DNA of 64,000 nt, taken from the NCBI GenBank assembly GCA_965262915.1, contig OZ253564.1, forward strand, positions 2,400,001-2,464,000. The letters are read 5' to 3'. The DNA is from Candidatus Spongiisociaceae bacterium (GTDB taxonomy: Bacteria; Actinomycetota; Acidimicrobiia; Spongiisociales; Spongiisociaceae). The translations under genes and the position numbers were made by a program. The notes below the pieces were generated by a model, which was not told the DNA's origin, made no database searches, and saw nothing but the letters and a program-made list of their open reading frames with translations. Below are positions 40,996-51,423 of the stretch, piece after piece (the first letter of the stretch is position 1; each line of letters opens with the position of its first letter).

Positions 40996-41170
40996 GACCT
41001 TCCCGCGTCACCTGCCCGAGCGCTCCGGAGGGTCGGCCCGCGCCCTCACGATCCCCGGTGTGGACCCCGCCGGTGGTGTCTCCCGCCACCTCCCGAACCG
41101 ACCGGTCGACCGTGTCGGGGGATCTCGCCGGTCGCGGCGGGCGCTTCGGCAGGCACGGCCGGGTCAGGAC
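40996..41170 (-). ncRNA. Candidate 6S-like structured RNA (strand tentative)
   Basis: Nested complementary segments form a rod with a central bubble; intergenic; TACAAC -10-like box 6 nt upstream. Confidence 0.4.
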
Positions 41171-41521
41171 AAGAGGGTTGTACGTGTCACAGATCTGGTG
41201 CGCACTGAAGGTGCCGCAAGCACAAACATCACCGCCGGTCCGGATGCGGTGATCATCGTCGAGCACCGGTTGGGTTACGTAAGAGGATCCGCGTCGGGCC
41301 GTGTACGAATCGAGGCCGGGTATCGGGCGTTTTTCGCGGGTTGGGTCGGCCCCTCAGAGCACGGGGCGGCGTCTGCCTGGTGCAGGTCACCCGGATGTCG
41401 GCCGTCTCGCGCGGGATAAAGACATCGGTCGGCCCTCGCTGCCGACCGGCGGCGTCGGGACTTCGCCGTCCCGCCCACGTCGGAAGCGGATGGCGCTCTC
41501 GATCCGGTCACTACGGCCGGT

Positions 41522-42460
41522 TCAGGTCTCCCCGTACCTGGCCAGAATGGCGCTGCGGAGCCGCTTCGTCTCCCGGGCTACCTCGTCCCCTTCCAGCAAG
41601 CGGGCCTGGCTCCCGAGGCGGACCAGGAGTCGGGCCGCCACCCGGGCGTCGGACATGGCGAAGCGAACCACCAGTTCGTTGCGTCCGTCCCGGATCACAT
41701 CGACCGGGAAGTACTCGGCTACCCAGCGCGCCGTCCGACCGAGCGCCAGTATGGCGTAGATGGCGTCCGCGGACGGCGTGAACTCCACCACGGGGGGCTC
41801 GGTGTCCGGAGGCGGGGCGAAGGACTCATCGAGTTCGGTGAGCGACCTGATCCGGTCAACCCGGAAGGTGCGCCGGTCGGCGGCGAGCCGGCACCGGGCC
41901 GAGAGGTACCACCGACCCATGGCCGCGTACACCATCAGGGGCTCTACCTCACGGGTCGTGGTCCGGTTGGCCCCCACCGACAGGTAGGTGATCCGGATCG
42001 CCCGGGCGTCGCCCGCCGCCTGCCTGAGGGTCTCCAGGTGCTCCGGTTCGGGGGGCAACTCGGCGCCTATGACATCCGACGCCTCGGGGAATACGGCCGA
42101 CACGAGCTTGTCGACCGCCCGGGCCAGGGCCGGGTTGCCCTGGTTGGTGCCGGCCACCGCCATACCCGCGCTGAGCAGTCCGAGTGCCTCGGGAGGGGTG
42201 AGCCTGAGCGGTCGGGAGAAGTATTCGGCCATGTCCAGCACCACCAGATCGTCGGCGATGAAGGCCACCATCAGGTCACCCGGTCCGTAGCCGGGGACAC
42301 CGCACACGAACAGCAGGGACAGATCCTTGGCCAGGTCGTTCTCGGTCCGGTAGCCGAAACGTTCCATCACCTCGGAGACCCGCGGGTACGGGTTGGCGAG
42401 GACCCACGGGACCATGGCCAGGATCCGGATCAGGCGTCGCTGCGTCGAGGCGGCGGTCAT
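41522..42460 (-). CDS. pafC: WYL regulator PafC
   Basis: DLSLLFVCGVPGYGPGDL, PLRLTPPEA, WYL, RTFRVDRI. Confidence 0.92.
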   Translation of the reverse strand: MTAASTQRRLIRILAMVPWVLANPYPRVSEVMERFGYRTENDLAKDLSLLFVCGVPGYGPGDLMVAFIADDLVVLDMAEYFSRPLRLTPPEALGLLSAGMAVAGTNQGNPALARAVDKLVSAVFPEASDVIGAELPPEPEHLETLRQAAGDARAIRITYLSVGANRTTTREVEPLMVYAAMGRWYLSARCRLAADRRTFRVDRIRSLTELDESFAPPPDTEPPVVEFTPSADAIYAILALGRTARWVAEYFPVDVIRDGRNELVVRFAMSDARVAARLLVRLGSQARLLEGDEVARETKRLRSAILARYGET

Positions 42461-42472
42461 ACCCCACTCCTG

Positions 42473-42541
42473 GTGGTCGGTCTCCGAGATGGCGGCACGG
42501 CATGCGAGCAGGACACGGCGATCATTTTGCAGACAGACCCC
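42473..42541. mobile_element. Internally deleted, diverged copy of the 163-bp element
   Basis: Left 34 nt match copy 1 at 26/34 positions; right end TTTTGCAGACAGACC is identical. Confidence 0.7.
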
Positions 42542-43457
42542 TGACCCGCCGGATCAACTCGGCCCGCAGATCGGAGGGAGCCAGGATGACCGCGGCATCG
42601 TCCAGGTCGAGGATCATGTCGATGAAGGCGCCCTCCGCCGAGTAGGGGATGTCCATCACCGTCGAGCCGTCCTCGTCCCGTTCCACCACCTCCGCTCCGG
42701 GGAAGCGGCTCTCCGCCCACCACGCCACGTCGGCATCCCAGCGCACGCGGGCCGTCGAGTCCTCGGCGCCCTTCTCCCAGGGGAGGGACGAGAGTATTTC
42801 GCGGGCCGAAAAGGCCCGGGGACGTTCGAACGCTCCGGCCGGACCGACGATCTCCAGGTCCTCGGTCCGGTCCAGCCGGTAGGTGCGGGTGCCGTTGGGA
42901 TGAGCCGGCTCCGCGCCCGCGAAGTACCAGTGTCCCCGGCGGTGGTACATCCCGTACGGGTCGAGGGTCCGCGGGCGGCCCCTGTACACGAAGCACAGCC
43001 TGCGCCGTTCGAGAACGGCTTGGAAGACCAGGCCGAGCCGGGCGCTCCCGAGATCGAGGTTGGCGCCCACCGGCGTGCCGGATTCGACCAGCCGGGCCCC
43101 TCCCAGCTTGAGCAGGGCATCGGATCCGGCCGGCCAGCCACCCGTCCGCACCATGTGCACCGCCAGCGCCAGAGCCGTTCGTTCCTCCTCGGTGAACCTA
43201 GGGTCGATTGTCCGGTAGGTCTCCTCGGGGATCACGTAACCCCACTCGACCTCCCACACGTCGGTGGCTTGCAGTTCCAGCACGATGCCCAGCTGCCGTA
43301 GGCTGTCCTTGTCCCGCTCGAACATCCGATGGAAGGCCTGGTCGGACGATTGGCCGTATCCGGCGACGGTCTCCCGGATCTCCCGCGCGGTCACCGGTTG
43401 GTCGCGGTCGAGGAGGAAGGCCAGCAGGTTGATCAGACGTTCGACGACCACGCTCAT
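42522..43457 (-). CDS. pafB: WYL regulator PafB
   Basis: ERLINL, AFHRMFERDKDSLR, WYF, RTYRLDR. Confidence 0.92.
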   Translation of the reverse strand: MSVVVERLINLLAFLLDRDQPVTAREIRETVAGYGQSSDQAFHRMFERDKDSLRQLGIVLELQATDVWEVEWGYVIPEETYRTIDPRFTEEERTALALAVHMVRTGGWPAGSDALLKLGGARLVESGTPVGANLDLGSARLGLVFQAVLERRRLCFVYRGRPRTLDPYGMYHRRGHWYFAGAEPAHPNGTRTYRLDRTEDLEIVGPAGAFERPRAFSAREILSSLPWEKGAEDSTARVRWDADVAWWAESRFPGAEVVERDEDGSTVMDIPYSAEGAFIDMILDLDDAAVILAPSDLRAELIRRVRGLSAK

Positions 43458-43588
43458 GCACTACCGGATTCTAAAAGAGCAGCGAGCGTGGGTAGTGGTG
43501 CGGTCGGATTCACCGGCCGGCGCCGAGAGCCCTCTCCACCTGTTCGTATGACACCTCGCCGATTCCCCACCCGACCACGGACTACCGA

Positions 43589-44944
43589 TCACAAACCCGC
43601 GATGAGGCGCTCGACCCGCTCGTCGGCCGACTTGAAGGGGTCCTTGCACAGCACGGTCCGCTGTGCCTGGTCGTTCAGCTTGAGGTGTACCCAGTCCACG
43701 GTGAAGTCCCGCTTGTGAGCCTTGGCGGCCGATATGAACCGGCCTCGCAGGCGGGCTCTGGTGGTCTGGGGCGGCTTGTTGACCGCCGAGGCGATGGCCG
43801 CGTCCGTCACCAGGCGGTCGATCAACCCCCTCTGGGCCAGCAGGTAGTAGAGGCCCCGTTCTTCGGTGACGTCGTGGTAGCTGAGGTCCAGGAGCATGAC
43901 GCGGGCGTCCGAGAGGGAAAGGCCGAACTTGAGCCGGTATCGCTCGATCAGTTGGTATTTGGTGACCCAGTCGACCTGGCGGTGGAGCGACAGGGGATCC
44001 TTCTCCAGTTCGGTGAGCAGGTGTTCCCACATGTCGACCGCCTTCTGGACCGGCGGCGAGAAACCCGGGCTCCGCGCGTACCTCATGATCCGCTCGAGGT
44101 ATTCCCACTGGATGTCCAGAGCTGAGAGTTCCCGCCCGTTGGCGAGGCGCACGGTCCGGCGGCAGGTCGGGTCCTGGCTGATCTCCCGGATGGCGCGGAT
44201 CGGATTGGCGAGGGTCATGTCCCGGAACACGACCTTGGCCTCGATCATCTCGAGGAGCGCGGTGGTGGCCCCGACCTTGACGTAGGTGGCGTACTCGCTC
44301 ATGTTCGAATCCCCGGCGATCACATGGAGCCGCCGGTAACGTTCGGCGTCGGCATGGGGCTCGTCCCTCGTGTTGATGATCGGGCGGGACCTCGTGGTGG
44401 CCGACGATACGCCCTCCCAGATGTGGTCGGCCCGCTGGGAGATCGAGAACACCGGTCCCCGGGCCGTCTGGAGCAGCTTCCCGGCGCCGGCGTAGATCTG
44501 GCGTGTCACCAGGAAAGGGATGAGGATGTCCAGCATCTTCTGGAAATCCTCCTTCCGCCCCACCAGGTAGTTCTCGTGGCATCCGTAGGAGTTACCGGCC
44601 GAGTCGGTGTTGTTCTTGTAGAGGAATATGTCGCCGCGGATCCCCTCCTCCCGCAGCCGCTGCTCCGCGGCGCGCTGGAGGTTCTCCAGGACCCGCTCCC
44701 CCGCCTTGTCATGGGCGACCAGGTCGTGGAGGTTGTCGCATTCGGGGGTGGCGTATTCGGGGTGGCTGCCGACATCGAGGTAGAGGCGGGCGCCGTTCTC
44801 GAGGAACACGTTGGAGGACCGGCCCCATGAGACGACGCTGCGGAACAGGTAACGGGCCACCTCGTCGGGACTGAGGCGGCGCTGACCGCGCAAGGTGCAT
44901 GTGATGCCGAACTCGTTCTCGAGCCCGAATATCCGCCGTTTCAT
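43589..44944 (-). CDS. pafA: Pup--protein ligase
   Basis: [51 protein letters not shown]. Confidence 0.97.
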   Translation of the reverse strand: MKRRIFGLENEFGITCTLRGQRRLSPDEVARYLFRSVVSWGRSSNVFLENGARLYLDVGSHPEYATPECDNLHDLVAHDKAGERVLENLQRAAEQRLREEGIRGDIFLYKNNTDSAGNSYGCHENYLVGRKEDFQKMLDILIPFLVTRQIYAGAGKLLQTARGPVFSISQRADHIWEGVSSATTRSRPIINTRDEPHADAERYRRLHVIAGDSNMSEYATYVKVGATTALLEMIEAKVVFRDMTLANPIRAIREISQDPTCRRTVRLANGRELSALDIQWEYLERIMRYARSPGFSPPVQKAVDMWEHLLTELEKDPLSLHRQVDWVTKYQLIERYRLKFGLSLSDARVMLLDLSYHDVTEERGLYYLLAQRGLIDRLVTDAAIASAVNKPPQTTRARLRGRFISAAKAHKRDFTVDWVHLKLNDQAQRTVLCKDPFKSADERVERLIAGL

Positions 44945-45083
44945 AGCCGTAGGCTAGTGGTGGTTAGTCAGTGGTCCGTGACGTGCCAGTCCTCGATAAT
45001 GGGTTCTGTGGCCACCGACGGGACGGACAGGTCACCAACCTAGCTCAAAGACACCGAGGATCCTTCAGTCCCGCCAGTCACCG

Positions 45084-45147
45084 CTGGCACCTGGCACCCG
45101 GCACCTGGCTGGCACCCGGCACCTGGCTGGCACCTGACACCTGACAC
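45084..45147. repeat. Heptamer tandem repeat C(T/C)G(G/A)CAC
   Basis: 8 full and 2 partial units abutting the prcA stop codon. Confidence 0.85.
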
Positions 45148-45816
45148 CTAGACCTCGGCCAGCTCCTCCTTGGTCAGGCGACGGAACCGGCGTTTGCTGC
45201 GGCTCCGATCGAGCAGGGCCCCCTCCCAGCCGTGGATCTGCCGCTCCTCGACGTGGCGGAAGGCCTCGGCGGCCTGGCGGAGGGCTTCCGCGACGGTGGG
45301 GGTCCCGTCGTAGTTCTCTCCCAGCCGGTCCGACAGGGCATCCGACTGGCCACCGATGGCGGTGTAGCCGAGCTTGTCGTAAAGGGTGCCGTCGTAGGTG
45401 ACCTTGAAGAGACGGTCCTCGGAGGACGACCGGCCCACCTCGGCGATCAGTACCTCGACCTCGAAAGGCTTGGGTCCCTGGACGAAGATGTTGCCCAGAG
45501 TCTGGGAGAAGGCCGACGCCAGGCTCTTGGCCGTCACGTCCTCCCTCCCGTACTGGTAGCCCTTCACATCGGCGTAGCGGATCCCCGCCACCCGTAACGA
45601 CTCGAACTCGTTGTACTTGCCCACCCCGGCGAACGCGATACGGTCGTAGATCTCCGAGACCTTGGTGAGGGTGCGGCTGGGGTTCTCGGCCAGGATCACC
45701 ACCCCCTCCTCCGCCTCGAGCGCCACGATCGACCGCCCCCTGGCGATTCCCTTCCGGGCATACTCGGCCCGGTCCTTGACCAGCTGCTCCGGGGGGACGT
45801 AGAAAGGCAGCGTCAA
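45148..45816 (-). CDS. prcA: Proteasome alpha subunit
   Basis: PFYVPPEQLVKDRAEYARKGIARGRS, KVSEIYDRI. Confidence 0.96.
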   Translation of the reverse strand: MTLPFYVPPEQLVKDRAEYARKGIARGRSIVALEAEEGVVILAENPSRTLTKVSEIYDRIAFAGVGKYNEFESLRVAGIRYADVKGYQYGREDVTAKSLASAFSQTLGNIFVQGPKPFEVEVLIAEVGRSSSEDRLFKVTYDGTLYDKLGYTAIGGQSDALSDRLGENYDGTPTVAEALRQAAEAFRHVEERQIHGWEGALLDRSRSKRRFRRLTKEELAEV

Positions 45817-46604
45817 CGCACCACCTCGATGGCTCGTCGGGCGGCCGCCTCCACCGTGGCCTCGTCCACGTGTGCCAAGCCGTCGCCGGTGACCGTCACC
45901 ACGTTCGGGTAGATACCCCTCCTGAGGTCGGGACCGCCCGTGGCCAGATCCTGGGCGGCCGCCGCCACCAGGGCCTCCATGGCATGGTCGATCGCCCTCG
46001 CCCGGTCGGAATCCTGCCGGTAGACGGTGCGAAGATACGCTCTCGCCTCCCGGCTCCCCGACCCGGCCGCCCCGAAGTCACTCTCCTCGTAGCGGCCCCC
46101 CACCGCATCGAACGTGAACACGTGTCCGGTTCCGGTAAGGGGCTCGACCCCGCAGAAGATCGGCACGACCACAAAGCCCTGCAGCGCCAGCGGTAGCTGC
46201 ATGCGCACCATGCGGGCCAGGTAGGTGGCCTTTCCGTCGAGGCTGAGGCGCACCCCTTCCAGCTTCTCGTAGTGCTCGAGCTCGGTCTGGAACAGCCTGA
46301 CCATCTCGATGGCCAGCCCCGCGGTGCCGGAGATGGCCACCGCCGAGTACGAGTCGGCGGCGAAGACCTTCTGGATCCGCTGATGCGCCACGTCGTAGCC
46401 GGCCGTCGCTTGGCGGTCTCCCACCATCGCCACTCCCCCCTCGTACCGGAGGGCCAGCACCGTGGTGGCGTCGGGAGCGGGGATGGCGGACGGGTTGATC
46501 TCCGAGGGCACCGCCCAGTTCGGGGCGAGATCCAGGGAGCGGACGAGTTCGGTGAAGCTGGCGCCCGGGAGCGGCGCGCTGAGCGGGAGCAGCGTCTCGC
46601 TCAC
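45813..46604 (-). CDS. prcB: Proteasome beta subunit
   Basis: Propeptide then TTVLA; DRQAT; [10 protein letters not shown]; GSGS; D..TGG. Confidence 0.95.
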   Translation of the reverse strand: MSETLLPLSAPLPGASFTELVRSLDLAPNWAVPSEINPSAIPAPDATTVLALRYEGGVAMVGDRQATAGYDVAHQRIQKVFAADSYSAVAISGTAGLAIEMVRLFQTELEHYEKLEGVRLSLDGKATYLARMVRMQLPLALQGFVVVPIFCGVEPLTGTGHVFTFDAVGGRYEESDFGAAGSGSREARAYLRTVYRQDSDRARAIDHAMEALVAAAAQDLATGGPDLRRGIYPNVVTVTGDGLAHVDEATVEAAARRAIEVVR

Positions 46605-46789
46605 TCGCCGCCCTTCTGGACGTAGTTCTTCACGAACTCCTCCGCGTTCTCCTCGAGAACCGAGTCGATCTCGTCCAGCAGATCATCTATCTTGCTCACC
46701 CCCGCGGTCTCGGGACCGCGGGGCATCGAAGTACCCTGGGCCGGCTTCTCGCGCTGGCCGCGTTCTCTCTGCCGACGTTCCTGAGCCAT
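46601..46789 (-). CDS. pup: Prokaryotic ubiquitin-like protein Pup
   Basis: [29 protein letters not shown]; RBS AGGAG. Confidence 0.97.
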   Translation of the reverse strand: MAQERRQRERGQREKPAQGTSMPRGPETAGVSKIDDLLDEIDSVLEENAEEFVKNYVQKGGE

Positions 46790-46873
46790 TATCTCCTCCT
46801 AGCACAGACCCGTGCCCGATAGTTGGTTCATCGTAGGGAGGTTCCACGTCCCTATGCCAAACCCTCCACCATC

Positions 46874-48352
46874 TCAACCGCCTCCCAGAGCCCCGAGGAG
46901 GTCGGAGGCTTCCGATGAGGCATCCAGCAACTTCCCCACCAACGCCTTGTTCCCCCGCAGGGGCTCCATCATGGGTACCCGCTTGAGCGGTTCCTCACCC
47001 GTGTCGAACACCAGCGAGTCCCAGTTGGCGGCTACCAGGGACTCCGAGAACTGCTCCACGCACCGTCCGCGGAAGTACGCGCGGGTCTCGACGGGCGGGT
47101 CGTTGGTGGCTTGCTCCAGCTCCGCATCGGTGAACAGGCGGCGGAGCACCCCGCGTTCCTGCAGGCGGTAGGCCAGGCCCTTGAGCGGGTCGGTGTCGTG
47201 GTACTGGAGGGCCGCCATGGCCAGTTTGGGGTTGCGCCAGTCCAGGTCGTCCCGCCGGCGGAACCCGTTCAGCATGCGGAGCTTGGCGACCCAGTCGAGG
47301 CGGTCGGCGGTGCATGCGAAGTCGGTCTCCAGGTCGTGGAGGACCGCGCCCCACTCCCGGATCACATCGGACCAGACCGGTTGGGGGAACGCCCGGTCGG
47401 CGTAGCGCGACAGCCACTCGAAATACCGGAACTGCAGCTCGAGGGCGGTGGCGGACGAACCGTCGGCTAGGAGCAGGGGCCGCTTGAGGGAAAGGTCGTG
47501 GCTGGTCCGCCACGTAGCCTCCACCGGGTCGGCCAGAGTCAGCGCGTCGGGAATGGCCCGGTCCTCGACGGCGGACAGGAGCAGGGCGGTGGCGCCGAGC
47601 TTGATGAAGGTCTGTACATCGGACATGTTGGCGTCGCCGATGATGACGTGGAAGCGGCGGTACTTGCTGGGTTCCCCGTGAGGCTCGTCCCGGGTGTTGA
47701 TGATGGGCCGCTTGAGCGTCGTCTCGAGCCCGACCTCCTCCTCGAAGAAGTCGGCTCTCTGGGTGATCTGGTACCCGACACCGGGGCGGCCGTTCTCGGA
47801 GCCGAGCTTTCCGGAGCCCGTGTAGATCTGGCGGGTCACCAACCACGTGGTGGCGTAGTGGATCAGGTCGGCGAAAGGGACCATCCGCGACACCAGGTAG
47901 TTCTCGTGGTAACCATAGGAGTTGCCCTTGCCGTCGCTGTTGTTCTTGTGCACGTACAGGTTCTCACCGGGGCGGAGCAGGCGCCGTACCGACGCCACCG
48001 CGGCCGACAGTACCTTCTCCCCGGCCTTGTCGTAGAGGGTCGCCTGCAGGGGATCCGCGCACTCGGGGCTCGAGTACTCGGGGTGGGCATGGTCGACGTA
48101 GAACCGGGCGCCGTTGGACAGCACCACGTTGACGAGGCCGCTGTCCGCCTCGGCGAGCCCGTAGGCCTCATGGCCGAGGCCGCGGGCATCCCGCCCCGGG
48201 GATTCCTCGTCGAACGACCACTGGACCCGCGCCCGGCCCCCCTGGTACGAGTTCACCACCAGGGACGAGGCGATGGTCGGGTTGAAGTCCGGTTGGTTGC
48301 GGACGGTGATGCCGTATTCCGTTTCCGTCCCTATGACGCTGGGAATCGCCAT
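46874..48352 (-). CDS. dop: Depupylase/deamidase Dop
   Basis: [55 protein letters not shown]. Confidence 0.96.
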   Translation of the reverse strand: MAIPSVIGTETEYGITVRNQPDFNPTIASSLVVNSYQGGRARVQWSFDEESPGRDARGLGHEAYGLAEADSGLVNVVLSNGARFYVDHAHPEYSSPECADPLQATLYDKAGEKVLSAAVASVRRLLRPGENLYVHKNNSDGKGNSYGYHENYLVSRMVPFADLIHYATTWLVTRQIYTGSGKLGSENGRPGVGYQITQRADFFEEEVGLETTLKRPIINTRDEPHGEPSKYRRFHVIIGDANMSDVQTFIKLGATALLLSAVEDRAIPDALTLADPVEATWRTSHDLSLKRPLLLADGSSATALELQFRYFEWLSRYADRAFPQPVWSDVIREWGAVLHDLETDFACTADRLDWVAKLRMLNGFRRRDDLDWRNPKLAMAALQYHDTDPLKGLAYRLQERGVLRRLFTDAELEQATNDPPVETRAYFRGRCVEQFSESLVAANWDSLVFDTGEEPLKRVPMMEPLRGNKALVGKLLDASSEASDLLGALGGG

Positions 48353-48357
48353 ACCTA

Positions 48358-48684
48358 GTGGTCTGTCTTTGAAATGGCTGCGTGGTATGCGCCGGCAGCG
48401 GCATTCCTCGCAAGGCCCGCTGACGAGGGCATACCCGCAGCGTACGTCGAGGAGGCGGAACGCAGTAAGGGGCGTCGCTGGCTGCCAGAGCACGACAAGT
48501 TGTTTTGCAGAGGGGACCACAGTGGTCTGTTTGTGGAATGGCTGCGTGGTATGCGCCGGCAGCGGCGTTCCTCGCAAGGCCCGCTGACGAAGGCATACCC
48601 GCAGTGGTACGTTGAGGAGGCGGAACGCAGTGAGGGGCGTCGCTGGCAAGTAGAGCACGACAAGTTGTTTTGCAGACAGACCAC
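48358..48684. mobile_element. Two tandem copies of the 163-bp element (48358-48520, 48522-48684)
   Basis: Same TIRs and body as 23462-23624; TA at 48356-48357 and 48685-48686. Confidence 0.88.
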
Positions 48685-50423
48685 TACAGGTACTGGCCTG
48701 TTCCAACCGCCTCTATGGTCCTCGACTCGTCCTGTCCTTTGATCAGGGTGCGCACGTAGACGATGCGTTCCCCCTTCTTGCCCGAGATCTTCGCCCAGTC
48801 ATCCGGATTGGTGGTGTTGGGAAGGTCCTCGTGTTCCCGGAACTCCTGCTTGATGGCCACCAGGAGGTCGTTCAGCTTGATGCCGCCCGACTCGCCGGCT
48901 ATCCGGCGCTTGATGGCGGTTTTCTTGGCCCTGCGCACGATGTTCTCGATCATCGCCCCGGAGGCGAAGTCCCGGAAGTACAGGACTTCCCGGTCGCCGT
49001 TCTGGTAGGTGACCTCGAGGAAACGGTTCTCGTCCCTCCCGGCGTACATCATCTCGACCACGCGCCCGACCATCTTCCGGACGAGGGTCACCCGGTCGCC
49101 GTCCGCCCTGTCGAGGGCCTCCTGGTCGTAGGGCAGATCCGGATCCAGGTATATCTCGAAGATCTGCCGGGCGGCTACGGCGTCCGGACGGGCGATCTTG
49201 ATCTTGACGTCGAGGCGCCCCGGACGGAGGATGGCCGGGTCGATGAGGTCCTCCCGGTTGGAGGCGCCGATGACTATGACGTTCTTGAGCAGTTCCACCC
49301 CGTCCAGTTCGGAGAGGAGCTGGGGAACGATGGTCGACTCGACATCGGACGAGATGCCGCTGCCCCGGGTACGGAACAGCGAGTCCATCTCGTCGAAGAA
49401 GACGATGACCGGCACCCCTTCGTCGGCCTTCTCCTTGGCTCGCTGGAAGATCAGCCTGATCTGGCGTTCGGTCTCGCCCACGTACTTGTTGAGCAGTTCC
49501 GGGCCTTTGATGTTGAGGAAGTAGGAGCGGGCGTCCTCCTGCTCCGTGCGGTCGGCCACCGCCTCGGCCAGGCTGTTGGCCACCGCCTTGGCTATGAGGG
49601 TTTTGCCACAACCGGGTGGACCGTAGAGAAGGACCCCCTTGGGGGCGACCAGTCCGTACTCCTCGAACAGGTCCCGGTACACGTAGGGAAGCTCTACCGC
49701 ATCCCGGATAGCCTCGATCTGGTCCCGGAGCCCCCCCACCTGCTCGTAGGTGACATCCGGTACCTCCTCGAGCACCAGTTCCTCGACCTCGGGGCGGATG
49801 AGCTTCTCGTAGGCCAGACCCGTGCGGGAGTCGATGCGCACGTGGTCTCCGGCCCGGAGGTGGACCCCCAGGAGGGGTCCGGCCAGCCCCACCACCCGTT
49901 CCTCGTCGGCATGGGCCAGCACCAGGAGGCGGTCGTCGGCCAGCAGCTCCTTGATGGACACCACTTGGCCCAAGCGGTCGAAGTCCCGGACCTCGACGAT
50001 GTTCATGGAGTCGTTGACCAGAACCTGCTGGCCCCGCTGGAGCTGCTTGATCTCGATGGAGGGCTGGGCGTTGACCCGCATCTTGCGTCCCCCGCTCATC
50101 ACGTCCACCGTGCTGTCGCTGTTGATGCCCAGCACGGTGGCGAACGGGTTGGGGGCCGTGGTGAGCTTCTCGACCTCCTCGCGCAGCATGCTGAGCTGCT
50201 CGCGGGCTTCTTCGAGCACCGCGCTGAGCTTCTCGTTCTTCTGGGCGGCCTGCAGCAGTCGACTCTTGGTCTCGGCGAGGCGCGCCTCCAGCATCCGCAC
50301 CCGGCGGGGTGCGTCCTGGAGACGGCGGCGCAGCACCAGTACCTCTTCCTCCAAGGCGTGGACGGTGCCCCGCAGAGCGCCCAACTGGCGTTCGTATTCG
50401 TATCGTTCCCGGTTATCCGGCAT
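48684..50423 (-). CDS. arc: Proteasome AAA ATPase ARC/Mpa
   Basis: N-terminal coiled coil, [15 protein letters not shown]-terminal GQYL. Confidence 0.97.
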   Translation of the reverse strand: MPDNRERYEYERQLGALRGTVHALEEEVLVLRRRLQDAPRRVRMLEARLAETKSRLLQAAQKNEKLSAVLEEAREQLSMLREEVEKLTTAPNPFATVLGINSDSTVDVMSGGRKMRVNAQPSIEIKQLQRGQQVLVNDSMNIVEVRDFDRLGQVVSIKELLADDRLLVLAHADEERVVGLAGPLLGVHLRAGDHVRIDSRTGLAYEKLIRPEVEELVLEEVPDVTYEQVGGLRDQIEAIRDAVELPYVYRDLFEEYGLVAPKGVLLYGPPGCGKTLIAKAVANSLAEAVADRTEQEDARSYFLNIKGPELLNKYVGETERQIRLIFQRAKEKADEGVPVIVFFDEMDSLFRTRGSGISSDVESTIVPQLLSELDGVELLKNVIVIGASNREDLIDPAILRPGRLDVKIKIARPDAVAARQIFEIYLDPDLPYDQEALDRADGDRVTLVRKMVGRVVEMMYAGRDENRFLEVTYQNGDREVLYFRDFASGAMIENIVRRAKKTAIKRRIAGESGGIKLNDLLVAIKQEFREHEDLPNTTNPDDWAKISGKKGERIVYVRTLIKGQDESRTIEAVGTGQYL

Positions 50424-50525
50424 GTGACCACCCGGCTCGCACCCAGTCCAGTATACGGGGGTAGGGCGGCTTGGAAGCGGCGTTTGGGCGCAGCGTTTCG
50501 TCCGGTCCCGGGGGCTTCCGATCGG

Positions 50526-51317
50526 TCAGGAGGGTTGGATGCACCGGGCTGTGGTCACGAAGCCCGTATGACCCACCATGCCGTGATTCGGACGGACCGA
50601 GCGCCCGCTCACGTTCCAGGTCCGTATCAGCACCTCGAACGTCTCCACGTCCACGAACGTCCCGGCGGCTTCGAGCGCCTTGTGGAGCTGTTCCAGCTGG
50701 GGAACGGTGGGCAGGTAGCTGCAGACGATGCCCCCGGTCCGCAAGCGCTCGATCGCGGCGGGGATCACCTGCCAAGGCTCGGGGAGGTCCAGCAGCAGGC
50801 GGTCGTGTTCCAGTTCCGCAACGGTGTCTATGACATCACCCACGCGGAGTTCGAGCCACCCCGGCACGTCCCCGAAGTGGCGAACGATCGTGGCCCGGCC
50901 GCGGGCGGCGTGATCCTCCCTCAACTCGCAGGACACGACCCGACCCGTGGGTCCCACCGTTCGGGTGAGGGCCATGGTTAGCGCGCCCGAACCGGTGCCG
51001 GCCTCGATGACGCAGAGGCCGGGGTGGATGTCGGCATACATGAGGATGGCGCCCAGGTCCTTGGGATACACCACCTGTGGTCCCCGGCGCATCTTGAGGA
51101 TGTAATCCCCGAGCCGGGGGCGGAGGGCGATGAGCGGAGCGCCTTTGGAGGAGAGGAACCTGGAGCCGTCCGGACTGCCGATCAGGTCCGCATGGGCCAG
51201 GATGCCCCTGTGGTACTGGAAGACGCTCGCAGCCCGGAGATGGAGCAGGTACTTGCGGCCCTTGTCGTCGAGCAGCAGCGCCGGTTCACCCTCGGCGAAG
51301 GGGCGCCCCCCTACCAC
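50526..51317 (-). CDS. trmI: tRNA m1A58 methyltransferase
   Basis: MRRGPQVVYPKD, EAGTGSGALT, LDLPEPW, HTGF. Confidence 0.95.
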   Translation of the reverse strand: MVGGRPFAEGEPALLLDDKGRKYLLHLRAASVFQYHRGILAHADLIGSPDGSRFLSSKGAPLIALRPRLGDYILKMRRGPQVVYPKDLGAILMYADIHPGLCVIEAGTGSGALTMALTRTVGPTGRVVSCELREDHAARGRATIVRHFGDVPGWLELRVGDVIDTVAELEHDRLLLDLPEPWQVIPAAIERLRTGGIVCSYLPTVPQLEQLHKALEAAGTFVDVETFEVLIRTWNVSGRSVRPNHGMVGHTGFVTTARCIQPS

Positions 51318-51321
51318 GGCC

Positions 51322-51423
51322 TCAGGTCAACCCGATCGACAGCACGCCTGCCAGCAACGTGAGGATCATGCCGGCAACGGTCAGCCAGACGACCACCTGT
51401 ACCCATTTCCGTTTCCGCCTCAT
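51322..51423 (-). CDS. 33-aa single-TM small protein (DUF4044-like), absent from the ORF track
   Basis: MRRKRKWVQVVVWLTVAGMILTLLAGVLSIGLT*; TAGAGT -10 box 8 nt upstream. Confidence 0.6.
   Translation of the reverse strand: MRRKRKWVQVVVWLTVAGMILTLLAGVLSIGLT

Noticed and set aside
40949-41266. Extended N-terminus of TatB
   Set aside because: Tat subunits begin at the TM helix (MFESLSG, 40948); the upstream region looks non-coding and structured.
48358-48684. Possible CRISPR array
   Set aside because: Units are 163 bp with TIRs and no unique spacers; no cas genes in the window.
46874-48706. 610-aa Dop with a repeated N-terminal extension
   Set aside because: The extension is the translated MITE pair; Dop homology starts at 48352.
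48831-50981. Long plus-strand ORFs opposite arc, pyrG, helY and others
   Set aside because: Antisense shadows typical of high-GC coding DNA; no motifs.
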